From IMG/VR virus record IMGVR_UViG_3300020185_004577, positions 1 through 64,000 of that record: a stretch of DNA of 64,000 bases. One strand, given 5' to 3'. Below, in pieces: positions 39,845 through 50,050 of this stretch. A program made the position numbers and the translations under genes. The first letter of the stretch is position 1. Every line of letters begins with the position of its first letter. Below the pieces are notes generated by a model. That model searched no databases. It saw only the letters and a list, made by a program, of their open reading frames with translations, and was not told the origin of the DNA. This DNA comes from a virus.

Positions 39845-40885
39845 TTACTTTTTTGCCCTGTCAATTATCTTAGAAGAATATTCTTTTTCTTTAGAAATTA
39901 ATCTATGAAAAGGTCTAAAAAATAAAGATAAATCATTTTTAAAAATATGCATATTAAATCCATCCTTTACAAATAAATTCATAGCATTATTGATACCCCT
40001 TTCCTGCTCTACTGTTGGCATTATAATTATGCACTCAAGTATTTCGTTTACATCATCTATTGCCTTTTGATTAACCATAGGGCTCTTCAGGTTCATCAAT
40101 TCTCTATTTAACTCAATCACCTGTCTTCCATTAATGATTTGCTCATATATCTTTAAAGGCTTTTCCTCATACTTTTCTTCAGCCTCTTTTATAAGTTCAT
40201 CTAAAGTATATCTTTCTTCAAAAAACCTGGGGAAATATGATTTCATTTTTTTCATACCTACACCTTTTAATCCCGAAATACAGTCTGAAGTATCTCCTTC
40301 TATGCACTTAGCAAAAAGTGCATTTTTATGAGTGTAACCAAAAATATCTTTAAAATTTTGTACAGTTATAAGTTTACCGTCAGAAGGTCTTATTACAGAA
40401 ACATTCTCGCCAATTAGTTGATGAAAATCTTTGTCACTGCTGTAAATCAATACATTTTCATTTTTAGACTTATTTTTTACGTATAAACCCAAAAGGTCAT
40501 CTGCCTCTACATATTCTACTTCTACCTGCCTAACACACAGCTCTTCAAGGTAGTTTTTTACTTTTACCTTTTGCTTTAAAGTACTATATTTATTTTTTCT
40601 CTCCTCATCTATTTCATCTTCTGTAAAGTAATACGATTCCTCATCCCAAGACTTATTTCTATTTCCTTTATAAAGTGGGTATATCTTTTGTCTAAACACT
40701 CCAGACATAATACCATCCCAGAAAACTACAACTCTGTCTGGCATTGTCTTGTCTACTATAGACCTTAGGCTATCTAAAAATCCATAAGACCCCCCACAAT
40801 GCTCACCCTTGGAAAAGAGGTCTTGTCGTTTCATGAAATTTCTCTTAAGATTCCACTCCCCGTCTATTAAAAGAACTTTTCTCAT
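39845..40885 (-). CDS. 5'-3' exonuclease/flap endonuclease (T4 RNase H-like)
   Basis: LLIDG, VFWDG, YKGNR, EADD, SSDKDFHQL, GDTSDCISGLKGVG. Confidence 0.93.
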   Translation of the reverse strand: MRKVLLIDGEWNLKRNFMKRQDLFSKGEHCGGSYGFLDSLRSIVDKTMPDRVVVFWDGIMSGVFRQKIYPLYKGNRNKSWDEESYYFTEDEIDEERKNKYSTLKQKVKVKNYLEELCVRQVEVEYVEADDLLGLYVKNKSKNENVLIYSSDKDFHQLIGENVSVIRPSDGKLITVQNFKDIFGYTHKNALFAKCIEGDTSDCISGLKGVGMKKMKSYFPRFFEERYTLDELIKEAEEKYEEKPLKIYEQIINGRQVIELNRELMNLKSPMVNQKAIDDVNEILECIIIMPTVEQERGINNAMNLFVKDGFNMHIFKNDLSLFFRPFHRLISKEKEYSSKIIDRAKK

Positions 40886-41850
40886 TACTTGCCACTATAC
40901 TTACTCCAGTCTTCATCAAATCTTAATTCCCAATCAGACCTATGCTCTTTTTTATAATTATTTAAGTCGGCAGTAGTATCTCTAACAAAACCATGAGCAG
41001 TACATAATATCTTATCCTTTACAGATATGTTAGTAATGTGATTTTTCTCTACAACAATAGCTGTTTTTATTGCAAAAGAAACATTAACACCTTCTTTAGT
41101 GGCGTAAACCTTGGTGGAATTAGAAAGTATGCCTCCCATTCTAACAATCAAGCTAGCCGCCTTAGTAATTCCTTTTCCTCCATAAGGAGTTAAAGTGTTT
41201 GCAATAGTTCCTTCATATGCATGATTTACAATTAGCAAACTTGCACTATAAGGAAAATCGGCACGTTTTGTTGCAGAAATTTGTTTTTCAATAACTCTAT
41301 GTATTTGTTGAGTTAACACTTTTGCAGTTTTCATAATAGCCCCATCTGCTTCTTTTTCAATTGCTTCCCTTTCTGCTTTACTAACTACATTTCCAATTGA
41401 GTCTATAATTACTAAAATGTCGGTAGGTAAATTACCTTCTCTTTGGTCTTTTAATCTATCTCTAACAAACTTTGTAATATCTTCAACCTCTTCAATAGAA
41501 TCTACATAAAGCATGTCTTCTTGAGATATGCCCATCTCTAGAGCATGACCCCAATTAAACTTCTTTTCTGTATTTATGAATATTGGTAAAATATCATTAT
41601 CAATAGCGCCTTTAGCTGCCTCAAGAGCTAAAGTAGATTTTCCAGAATCAGGATGTCCATAAACCATAGTAACACCATACATAGGTATTCCTGGCAATTG
41701 TGTCGTATCTTGATAAGCTCTTCCTAAAGGAATCCACTCATCCTCTTTGTATATAACCTCTTCTATATCTAACTTTTGTCTATAATCAGTTATAGAAAAT
41801 GTTTTTTTTGATTTTACTTTTGGTGTATCTTCTGCTTTTGATTTTGCCAT
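40885..41850 (-). CDS. RecA/UvsX-like recombinase
   Basis: GHPDSGKST, INTE, IIDSIG, PYGGKG; located in a T4-like replication block. Confidence 0.88.
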   Translation of the reverse strand: MAKSKAEDTPKVKSKKTFSITDYRQKLDIEEVIYKEDEWIPLGRAYQDTTQLPGIPMYGVTMVYGHPDSGKSTLALEAAKGAIDNDILPIFINTEKKFNWGHALEMGISQEDMLYVDSIEEVEDITKFVRDRLKDQREGNLPTDILVIIDSIGNVVSKAEREAIEKEADGAIMKTAKVLTQQIHRVIEKQISATKRADFPYSASLLIVNHAYEGTIANTLTPYGGKGITKAASLIVRMGGILSNSTKVYATKEGVNVSFAIKTAIVVEKNHITNISVKDKILCTAHGFVRDTTADLNNYKKEHRSDWELRFDEDWSKYSGK

Positions 41851-41869
41851 TTTATTATTTTTTTATTTA

Positions 41870-42640
41870 TTAATTATTCGTATTATCTGTAGAACTTGGT
41901 GCTATAGTTGACTTGTCCAATATTTTTTTAATAGCATCATAAGGAAGTTCTATAAAAACTTCATTAATAGGCTTTACTAGACTTCTAAGTGTATTTGTCT
42001 TTTCCTCATCTGGAAGTCCGTGATGGTCTACCATTAGCGGCGACTTAACGGGTACTGGCATTAGGTTTGCAGTGTCAGAATCAATAGGAAAAGTTATATT
42101 TATATCATTACCTTGAGATACATGAGATATATCTCCATAGTATTTGTTTTTATAAAATCCTGCAATAGAATTTAGTACAGTCTTAGAGAACCCCCACCAT
42201 TTTGGCCCCTCATGCTCTTTACCTCTTATTACTACTGGCAAAAAGTGTCTGGTTTTGGCCATTTTCTTCTTTTTATCATCACTGTCTGGCTGTGTACTCA
42301 AATGCTCACAAATGGGACATGGTCTACCATACATTGATGGACAAACAACCATTTTTGATGTACCGACATTCCAGTGAAAATCAATTTTTTGATATGCCTT
42401 ACCTTCTAGTGGTGGAACTATTCTCAACTCCTCTCCTTCTTCTGGTAATTTTCCTTTTTTTGGATTATAAGTAACTTCTTTTAAGTCTACTTTTACTCGA
42501 TTACTTTTGTCATTAAATGAGTTTGCTTCCTCTACATCATTTAAAAACTGCTCAACATTCATGCCTTGACTTACATGTTGACTTTTTTGATTAGCTCCCC
42601 CAAATTCTTCATTTGAGGGAACAGTGTTTCCTTCGTTCAT
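41870..42640 (-). CDS. T4 gp32-like single-stranded DNA-binding protein
   Basis: LRIVPP, FHW, CP..YGRPCPICE zinc motif, GPKWWGFSK, YGDI..GNDI. Confidence 0.8.
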   Translation of the reverse strand: MNEGNTVPSNEEFGGANQKSQHVSQGMNVEQFLNDVEEANSFNDKSNRVKVDLKEVTYNPKKGKLPEEGEELRIVPPLEGKAYQKIDFHWNVGTSKMVVCPSMYGRPCPICEHLSTQPDSDDKKKKMAKTRHFLPVVIRGKEHEGPKWWGFSKTVLNSIAGFYKNKYYGDISHVSQGNDINITFPIDSDTANLMPVPVKSPLMVDHHGLPDEEKTNTLRSLVKPINEVFIELPYDAIKKILDKSTIAPSSTDNTNN

Positions 42641-42814
42641 TTTTCTCTTTTTAAAGTTTTAATCAGTCTAAATCGCTATCTTAAGCTTGTTGGCGACTGT
42701 GTAAATAACTCTCTATTTTTAGAGTTCAATTATAAATAGAAATATTTTTTAATTTCTTGTACAAAGAAACATAAAAGAAGATTAAAATGCAACATATTTT
42801 AAAATAAAAATAAA

Positions 42815-42852
42815 ACACTTTTCAACAAAAATATTACAGTGTTGAAAAGTGT
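42815..42852 (-). terminator. 13-bp hairpin after the polymerase gene
   Basis: acacttttcaaca...tgttgaaaagtgt. Confidence 0.75.
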
Positions 42853-42854
42853 AA

Positions 42855-44486
42855 CTATATACACTCCATATAATTTTTGCCCGATGAAAAATCAACATCA
42901 AAAACCATATCATTATACTTGGATAATATATTTGTTATTTCATCAATTGAACTCATATCGTCTGGGTGTATGTCCATAACAAAAGAATCATGAACTTGAA
43001 ACATGAAAGAGGATTTACTATTTTTAAGCCATAATTTTAACTCTTGAATTTTATCAACAACTATTTCAGTGGCAGTCGATTGAACATAATTATTAAAAGC
43101 TGCATAAGACTTATTGGGCTTAATTAAAGTTCCAAAAGGATTTATTATATATCCCAACTCTTTATATACACTGTTTATATATTCTGATGTTGTTAATATT
43201 GGAGATAAAAATAATTTTATATTATTTAAACACTCATCTACATCAACACTGTCTATTTGTGATATTATATTTTTAACTAATTTATCTCCTCCACCATAAA
43301 GAATGGCATGATTTACATCTTTTGCTACTTTTCTATGAGTTTTGGTAATTTCCACATCTAAAAACATTGATTTTGCAGCATTATAATGCAAATCAGAATT
43401 CATGTTTTTTAATATAAAATCTTCATCTCTAGACAAATACATAGAAAGCCTAGTTTCAAAAGACTTATAATCAAAAACTATAATAGTACCATTTTCATAT
43501 CTAGATATTATTTGATTTCTTATAACACTATCTTTGGGTAGCATTTGTGGATTAAAAGAATCAACACAATTTATCCTACCCGTTATAGTTCTTTTGTCAG
43601 AATACCTAAGCATTAAATATTTTTTGCCGTTTTCCCAAGTGCTTCTAACACCATTTGGAACCTTAAAGTTAGGCTCAAAATATATTTTATTAGTAGATAA
43701 CCATGAAGTTATTTTATCTTTTACGGTCTGTCTCATGCAAGAGTTTAACTCATCTTTTGTAACCTCGTGATTATCTCTTATTATTTTCATTAAAATAGGT
43801 ATATTTCTATACATGTTTCTTCCTAAAAACATTCTATTAAAATCTTTTGGCTCTATATAGTGTGAGTATTTAGACCAGAATATATTTTCTGTTGTCATAA
43901 CATCTCTTATTTGGTCTATATAAACGTATTTAACAGAATTTTGATAACTAAATAACGTACATTCAATTTTATTAATAAGTCCTGTTAATATTTTTCTAGA
44001 ATCTTTACCCACATATTCTAAACTAGGTATACTTATAGTATAAGTATCTGATTCATTTTGAATATAGCACACATTTTTGTGAAAATATATAAAAGACCTT
44101 GAATTTTTATTTATATTTTTCAATAGAAAATCTCTTAACTCACCATCTACTATAGCATCATATGAAATGGGTTTTTTGTGAAAAAATTTTTTTATAGAAT
44201 ACTCTAAAAAAGACTTTATATCAGACTTGTTCTTTTCTTCTTTTTCAGTTAAACTAAAAGTCCAAAACAAATTATCGCTTATTTTACTAGACAAAATAGA
44301 CTGTTCTGGGTACATTTCTTTAACTTTATTCCATCCTAAAATTAAAGTTGGGACTACCGTCTCCAAATTGATATCTATATTATCTATTATATCTAAGGCA
44401 AAATCTCCATAATGAGCATTTATATAATCCAAATCATCTGATGAATAAGGGAATATTTTACAAATCTTTATCAAATTATGAAGCAT
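42855..44486 (-). CDS. Family A DNA polymerase, compact
   Basis: TITGRI, motif A VFDYKSFETRL, motif B RKVAKDVNHAILYG, NNYVQS, motif C QVHDSF. Confidence 0.9.
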   Translation of the reverse strand: MLHNLIKICKIFPYSSDDLDYINAHYGDFALDIIDNIDINLETVVPTLILGWNKVKEMYPEQSILSSKISDNLFWTFSLTEKEEKNKSDIKSFLEYSIKKFFHKKPISYDAIVDGELRDFLLKNINKNSRSFIYFHKNVCYIQNESDTYTISIPSLEYVGKDSRKILTGLINKIECTLFSYQNSVKYVYIDQIRDVMTTENIFWSKYSHYIEPKDFNRMFLGRNMYRNIPILMKIIRDNHEVTKDELNSCMRQTVKDKITSWLSTNKIYFEPNFKVPNGVRSTWENGKKYLMLRYSDKRTITGRINCVDSFNPQMLPKDSVIRNQIISRYENGTIIVFDYKSFETRLSMYLSRDEDFILKNMNSDLHYNAAKSMFLDVEITKTHRKVAKDVNHAILYGGGDKLVKNIISQIDSVDVDECLNNIKLFLSPILTTSEYINSVYKELGYIINPFGTLIKPNKSYAAFNNYVQSTATEIVVDKIQELKLWLKNSKSSFMFQVHDSFVMDIHPDDMSSIDEITNILSKYNDMVFDVDFSSGKNYMECI

Positions 44487-44624
44487 GTGACAAATGTATA
44501 AATTATTTGTAATATAAAAAATTATAAACTTATGGTTTTATGTCTATTCTATTAAAAAAACATTTTTAATAAGTATTTTATTGACTTATGCCTCTTACTT
44601 GTTGTCAGATATATAACTACGAAT

Positions 44625-47600
44625 TTAACCTTTTTCCTTAAGTATAGTCACTCCTTGTCCTTCAAAGTTTTTGTTAATATATTCAACAAATGCTGGAGCT
44701 CTTCCTTGAGCTCTTCTCATTCCTCCTAGTTTGTCATTAGGACTCAACTTCTTTTTTACTGCAGCAACTGTTTTGCCTGGCCCTGTGTTCAAATGATAAT
44801 AAAAGAATACTGCGTTTTTTAAATCTGGGAATGTTACACCATTGTCGGGACATCCATAACCCTCCTGCCTTGTGGTATACCCAGTTTTTTTTGTTCCAAA
44901 TCTTGATGTCCTTCTTCTGCCATTAAAAAAACCAACTAAAGCAGCTGTCGCTACATCTTCTTCTAACAATCTTTCAGGATACCTTATAAGGTCAACTCCT
45001 GAGTTTTTGGCAGCCTTTTCATATCCAGATTTAAACGTGATTTGATTGTATCCTCTTCCTCTATATTTCCAACCATCACCTTTACGTGTGTTCCCATAAC
45101 CATTTGTTCTTATACCTACTGGCTTTTGTGTATAAACAATATTTGCAATTTTTTCTTGATATTTGTCTGAATCAGCCTTTTTTGTTTTTGGATTAACAAA
45201 ACCACCTTTTACAGGGTCGTTCTTTTTAAAATAACTCCAAACTTCTGGCAGTCTACTGGCGCTGTAAAGAAACCCTTCTGACTTTAAATCGAAACTACTT
45301 TCTTTGCTACATATAGATAATACCGATGCGATAGCAAAATTACTCGTAATACCTTCTTCTACGCATTTTTTTATAATTTTATCTATTCTTCTCTTTTTGG
45401 TGCTGCTTCTTAAGTATGATGCAACAGTTTTAGAGCCTTTATCAGTACCAGTGACTGCGTAGTCTCCACCAGTTCCGCCGCCACCACCAGCACCTCCACC
45501 ATCACTAGCGGGGTCTTCTGAATTAAGCTTCTCTTGTAACTCCTTGTCTTCTGCAGCTGAACTTGTTGACGCTTTTTCTAAAGGAGCTTCTTTAGCTATT
45601 CCTGCAGCATCCTCAAAGTCTTGAAGAGTTATTGGTAGAACTCCACCATAACTATTTCCTCCATATCTCATTTTTATTCCCGACAAATCTGTAGTCATAT
45701 CGTTGGGAGTTATTTTGTGATTCACTTTAATAATTTGATATAGACCAGTAAAAATAGTGTGATTTTCTAAAAAGAAAAACTGAAGAGGTGATATTTGGGA
45801 ATTTCCAATAGTTTCAACCCCAGCCTTGTAACTTCTTCCCTCAAAAACAGAAAGTAAACTACAGTCAGTGGTTACGGTTTTATTTTTGTTATCGTTATCT
45901 ACAATTGCTTGTAAATTAACTATACTTTCAGCTGTAACCTTATTTTCATCAGTGCTAACTTGTACATTTTTAATAATTTTATTTGTAGGGTCTCCAAATG
46001 CTATTGGGAAAGCTTCAACTTCAAAGGTTCTTAAATCTTTTACAGCAGACTGCTTTTTTTCCGTATCATTACCCACTAAAGTTCTACTTTCTGGTGTTGG
46101 TTGGAACATAACTTGGAAAAAGTTACCTATTCTTGGACCCATCATTTCATGGGGTCTAAAAATGTCAGTCACTTTATCGTATCTTGCATTTCCACATATA
46201 GGGAAAAACATAAAGTTATTTTTGGTACACAATTGCTGAAACATATTTAATGTGGTAGTATTTGCTTTTGCCGCATAAAGTGGAGCTAAACTAATTAATG
46301 CATCTTTCACTTTAACATCACTAGCCCCAATAGCCTGAAGAGGATAGTCATACCTAAAACCTCCACCAAGAACACTTCCATTATTCCTTTCTCTAGAAGA
46401 GGGGGTTTTAGCGGGGGGAACTTCGCTTCCATAAACTTTCTGCATTTCTATTGCTACATTCGGAGTTAGCGTTGCTGGTTCTCCTACTTGATTTATTCTA
46501 CTTCCATCACTTTTTCCTCCCAATATTTGCCACTGATGAAAAAGTGTGTGCATTTGTTTATATATCAAATCTTCATGCTCTCCAGCTTTGCCTAATATTT
46601 GTCCAAAAACTTTATCTACTTCATCTTGTATTTTTTGTATTTTAGGCAACAATCCCAAAGCTAACTTTCTCAAAAAGACTAAAGCCATCTGAGAATAATC
46701 ACCCTCATCGTTGAATGCACTAATTGGATTGTTTTTATTTCGAGTAGAGCCAACTGGTGCTCTGTTTTCTTTTGCATTCAAACCTCCCGCAATTGGAGTA
46801 AATGATTGACTTGTTTCATCCCTTGATGGATATTGAGCATATGGAGCTATAATTACTGGTGTCTGTTCGACATTAATAAAGTTGCCTTGTGCTCCACCGT
46901 CTGAACTTGATTCACCATGTGTTGGTCCAAAATATTGTCGCCAACTAAAAGTATCAGGCCTAAAATATTCGGGTACTGAGCTTCTAGTGTCTACACTACT
47001 TGCCTTTTTGTAATTATATAATGAAAAGCCAACACCGTTACCTCCATACTTTGACGAATCACCAAAACCAAAAAGAATGTCTCCTCCACCAGTGTATCCT
47101 GCCAATCTTTTGTTAAAAAAAAGAAGAAATTGATTTGTTACTTTGGCTCCATCTGGCTCTTGTTCGTCTTCTGGCACTCGTGTTGAATCTAAAGTTATTA
47201 CTTTGGCCACCTCATCTTCTACAGCTTCATTATCCTTTTGTTCATCTTCTTCTTCATCGCCTGTTGCTGTTGGCACAAGCCCCGGATTTTCTAATGCGCC
47301 ACCAACTCTTGAAACATCTCCAGAATCACTAAAAACAACATATTCTGTATAATTACCTTCCTCTCGAGAGCCGAAACCTGGGGTTCCTCCATATCCAGTA
47401 TGAGCAAACACAACGCCACCCATTCCTACCCACGAACCTAAGCTGGTCTTAAAATCCATACCATTACCCCAAGTAGGAGATACAGTTGTACCTTTTTTAC
47501 CAAGATTTTTTTGTTTTGTAGTTTGTCCAAAAAATGCTTTTTCACTGCCAATTAAATTTGCAAAAACTTCCTCAAATGTATACATTATCACACCTGCATT

Positions 47601-49646
47601 TTTCAATTCTGTACCAAGAGCGTTGGTTCTATTCATTACATTATTTTTATTATCATAGAATGAACCTAATTTACTTTTCATAGAAGAATATGTAATCATT
47701 CTTACATCTGGAAAACCGTCTCTTAAAAAATTTACAATTCTTTTACCTTGAGCCGTTGTGGTCAAAGCAGCTAATCCTGGGTTAATTACAATGCCTCGCC
47801 TCATAACTCCACCAGAGCCAAAATTCCACATGCGAACAGAATCAAGGTCAGCGTCTGGCCTTTGTATCCAAGCTCTTATTGCGATGCAAAATTCTTTTAA
47901 CTTCTGCAAGCCTTCAGTGTCTAATTGAGCTAGAACAACGTCTGTAATGTTAGCCAAATCTGAACTCGCCAAACTTCTTATTTTATCATAATCTTGATTT
48001 TTCTTATAATCTCCAGTATAAAACCTAGTATTACCATTTGGCTCTAAATTACCAGGTAATGCAGGATTAAAGCTTTGAGTTAAAAAACCAGCTATACCCG
48101 CTCTTTTAACCATTATAGACGCTATCATAGACCAATCATTCTGTCCCAAATAAGGATTGTCAGCGCCTATTTCCATATTATTTATAATATGTTTTATAGT
48201 TTTGTCACCACCCTCAGCAGCTTCTTTTTGCAAAGCCCTATTTTCTGCAATACCAAAACTTATAGCTGTAATAAAATCATTAACAAACTTTTTTTCAAAA
48301 TTTTCAGTACCCAAGCCTTTTGCTGGTATTTGGTTTCCCAAATCTTTTTTTCCATCTTTTGACTTATCAAATATCATAGGATAATATCTTCCTATGGTTT
48401 TATTTTCTTCTGCCTTATTTCTCTCTTCAACGTTATTAAGGTAACCTTGCTCTCCTGCATCTATTATGTACCCCATTATATAGGCAGTGTCTCTAGCGAT
48501 TCTGCTAAACACTTCAGAAATAGTCAACTTTTGCAACTCGCTTCTATTTTCTTTATAAAGATTAGCCTTTATTGCATTCTCTATTATTTCTAAATTCGAA
48601 TCTATTATAGGATTAAGCTTTTTAGCTCCTGTTTTTAATTTTTCTATATCAGTATTACTTACATTACCTCCAAACTTTGGCAGCTTGATATTAGAAGCTC
48701 CTGGAGTTGAGGAAATTTTAACTTTCCAATTTTCTATATTACGTAAACTAGGACTTAAATTTTTCAATGCAGGGATTAATATTTCATCATCTTCCGTGTA
48801 AGCATTATCTTTAGGTTTAGTAATTTTTATAGGTACAAAATCAGGTATTTCACCTCTACCAGGTATTTTACTTGATATTATATTTTCTCCTCCATCTTCA
48901 TTAAATGTTAATTCTCCACTTACAACGCCTTGTATTGGGTCTCTTTTGGCTAGTTGTAATTTGGCAACTATTTCATCGTACTCTTTAGTTAAATTTGCAG
49001 TCTCAACCTCTATCGTCTTACCAATGTACATCAAATCAATAATACTTTCTGTTGCTTCTATATAAGTTTTACTATCTTTTCCTATGTTAGTGTCTAACCT
49101 ATCGGCTCTCAATTTTTTAGCAGCATACAAATATAAAAACGGTATATCTGCAAACATACCCCATTGATTAGGCACAAAAGTTGCCTTTATAGTATAACTT
49201 CCATCATCAGAATTGTATTGAGTAGATGTGGTTTTCATATTTAGCAACCATGTAACAGGAGCTCCTAAATATCCTTTAAATGTAAATACAAACTTAGGTG
49301 GAGGCCACTGAAAAAGAGCAGCATAATTAACTCCATCAGCATCGACATCATACGTTTCTCCAAAAACTGTTTTTCCAAACAAGTCTTTAAACTCTATTTC
49401 CACAATAGGCTGAAGAGATGTATTTGTTTCAATTTTTACGTTAGTAATTCCAAAACCTATCTGCCTTCTAAAAAAACCAGTTTTAAAAGTGGGTAATCCT
49501 GTAAAGTCTTCAACTTGACTTATAAACCCAGTGTCTGGGTCTGTTACTACAGCACCTTCATTGCTTATAGTTGTCAGTCTAACATCTAAATATAAATCTC
49601 TCTCATCAAACTGTAAATCAGCTATATTTTCTGGGATTACTGGCAT
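44625..49646 (-). CDS. Baseplate hub-like protein with C-terminal GH19-type lysozyme
   Basis: 1673 aa; N-terminal FGITNV..F.D..G and FTFKGYLG hub-like motifs; C-terminal KESSF...GDGWKYRGRGYNQITFKSGY. Confidence 0.8.
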   Translation of the reverse strand: MPVIPENIADLQFDERDLYLDVRLTTISNEGAVVTDPDTGFISQVEDFTGLPTFKTGFFRRQIGFGITNVKIETNTSLQPIVEIEFKDLFGKTVFGETYDVDADGVNYAALFQWPPPKFVFTFKGYLGAPVTWLLNMKTTSTQYNSDDGSYTIKATFVPNQWGMFADIPFLYLYAAKKLRADRLDTNIGKDSKTYIEATESIIDLMYIGKTIEVETANLTKEYDEIVAKLQLAKRDPIQGVVSGELTFNEDGGENIISSKIPGRGEIPDFVPIKITKPKDNAYTEDDEILIPALKNLSPSLRNIENWKVKISSTPGASNIKLPKFGGNVSNTDIEKLKTGAKKLNPIIDSNLEIIENAIKANLYKENRSELQKLTISEVFSRIARDTAYIMGYIIDAGEQGYLNNVEERNKAEENKTIGRYYPMIFDKSKDGKKDLGNQIPAKGLGTENFEKKFVNDFITAISFGIAENRALQKEAAEGGDKTIKHIINNMEIGADNPYLGQNDWSMIASIMVKRAGIAGFLTQSFNPALPGNLEPNGNTRFYTGDYKKNQDYDKIRSLASSDLANITDVVLAQLDTEGLQKLKEFCIAIRAWIQRPDADLDSVRMWNFGSGGVMRRGIVINPGLAALTTTAQGKRIVNFLRDGFPDVRMITYSSMKSKLGSFYDNKNNVMNRTNALGTELKNAGVIMYTFEEVFANLIGSEKAFFGQTTKQKNLGKKGTTVSPTWGNGMDFKTSLGSWVGMGGVVFAHTGYGGTPGFGSREEGNYTEYVVFSDSGDVSRVGGALENPGLVPTATGDEEEDEQKDNEAVEDEVAKVITLDSTRVPEDEQEPDGAKVTNQFLLFFNKRLAGYTGGGDILFGFGDSSKYGGNGVGFSLYNYKKASSVDTRSSVPEYFRPDTFSWRQYFGPTHGESSSDGGAQGNFINVEQTPVIIAPYAQYPSRDETSQSFTPIAGGLNAKENRAPVGSTRNKNNPISAFNDEGDYSQMALVFLRKLALGLLPKIQKIQDEVDKVFGQILGKAGEHEDLIYKQMHTLFHQWQILGGKSDGSRINQVGEPATLTPNVAIEMQKVYGSEVPPAKTPSSRERNNGSVLGGGFRYDYPLQAIGASDVKVKDALISLAPLYAAKANTTTLNMFQQLCTKNNFMFFPICGNARYDKVTDIFRPHEMMGPRIGNFFQVMFQPTPESRTLVGNDTEKKQSAVKDLRTFEVEAFPIAFGDPTNKIIKNVQVSTDENKVTAESIVNLQAIVDNDNKNKTVTTDCSLLSVFEGRSYKAGVETIGNSQISPLQFFFLENHTIFTGLYQIIKVNHKITPNDMTTDLSGIKMRYGGNSYGGVLPITLQDFEDAAGIAKEAPLEKASTSSAAEDKELQEKLNSEDPASDGGGAGGGGGTGGDYAVTGTDKGSKTVASYLRSSTKKRRIDKIIKKCVEEGITSNFAIASVLSICSKESSFDLKSEGFLYSASRLPEVWSYFKKNDPVKGGFVNPKTKKADSDKYQEKIANIVYTQKPVGIRTNGYGNTRKGDGWKYRGRGYNQITFKSGYEKAAKNSGVDLIRYPERLLEEDVATAALVGFFNGRRRTSRFGTKKTGYTTRQEGYGCPDNGVTFPDLKNAVFFYYHLNTGPGKTVAAVKKKLSPNDKLGGMRRAQGRAPAFVEYINKNFEGQGVTILKEKG

Positions 49647-49655
49647 TTTCTGTAT

Positions 49656-49967
49656 TTAGTTTATTGATTTTTTTCTTAACAACTTACCCTCCACTTCGGT
49701 CAAAACTTCTCTTAAAGGCAGTGGGATTCGAATCACAGCTTCCTTAGGAATGTCAAATTCCATATAGTACTCTGGGTTTGCCATCAAAATAAGCCATCCG
49801 TAAGTATCATCTTCGTAAACTTCTGCAGATATTCTGTCTAATCTAGTTTTATCAGAATTATAAACCCTAAAAACATCAGTATCTCTTTCATTTATTTTTA
49901 TAGGAGGCATTATCTCTGTGCCTTTTGCGTTTTTTGTCCTTAACAACTTATATCTATCTCTTCCCAT
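49656..49967 (-). CDS. Baseplate wedge protein, gp53/LysM-like
   Basis: RLDRISAEVYEDDTYGWLILMANP...IRIP. Confidence 0.8.
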   Translation of the reverse strand: MGRDRYKLLRTKNAKGTEIMPPIKINERDTDVFRVYNSDKTRLDRISAEVYEDDTYGWLILMANPEYYMEFDIPKEAVIRIPLPLREVLTEVEGKLLRKKSIN

Positions 49968-50050
49968 TATTGTTTAATATATACTATCAATAAATATTAT
50001 TAGTTATTTTTTATACAAAATAAAACAAAAAAATAAAATGTAAACAGAAG

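Noticed and set aside
34554-44486. Inteins or introns in RNR, helicase, RecA or polymerase
   Set aside because: Lengths and motif spacing are normal; no splice-junction motifs or interrupted frames seen.
39726-44624. tRNA/ncRNA genes in the longer intergenic gaps (39726-39844, 42641-42854, 44487-44624)
   Set aside because: No cloverleaf or T-loop signatures; only short hairpins and promoter motifs.
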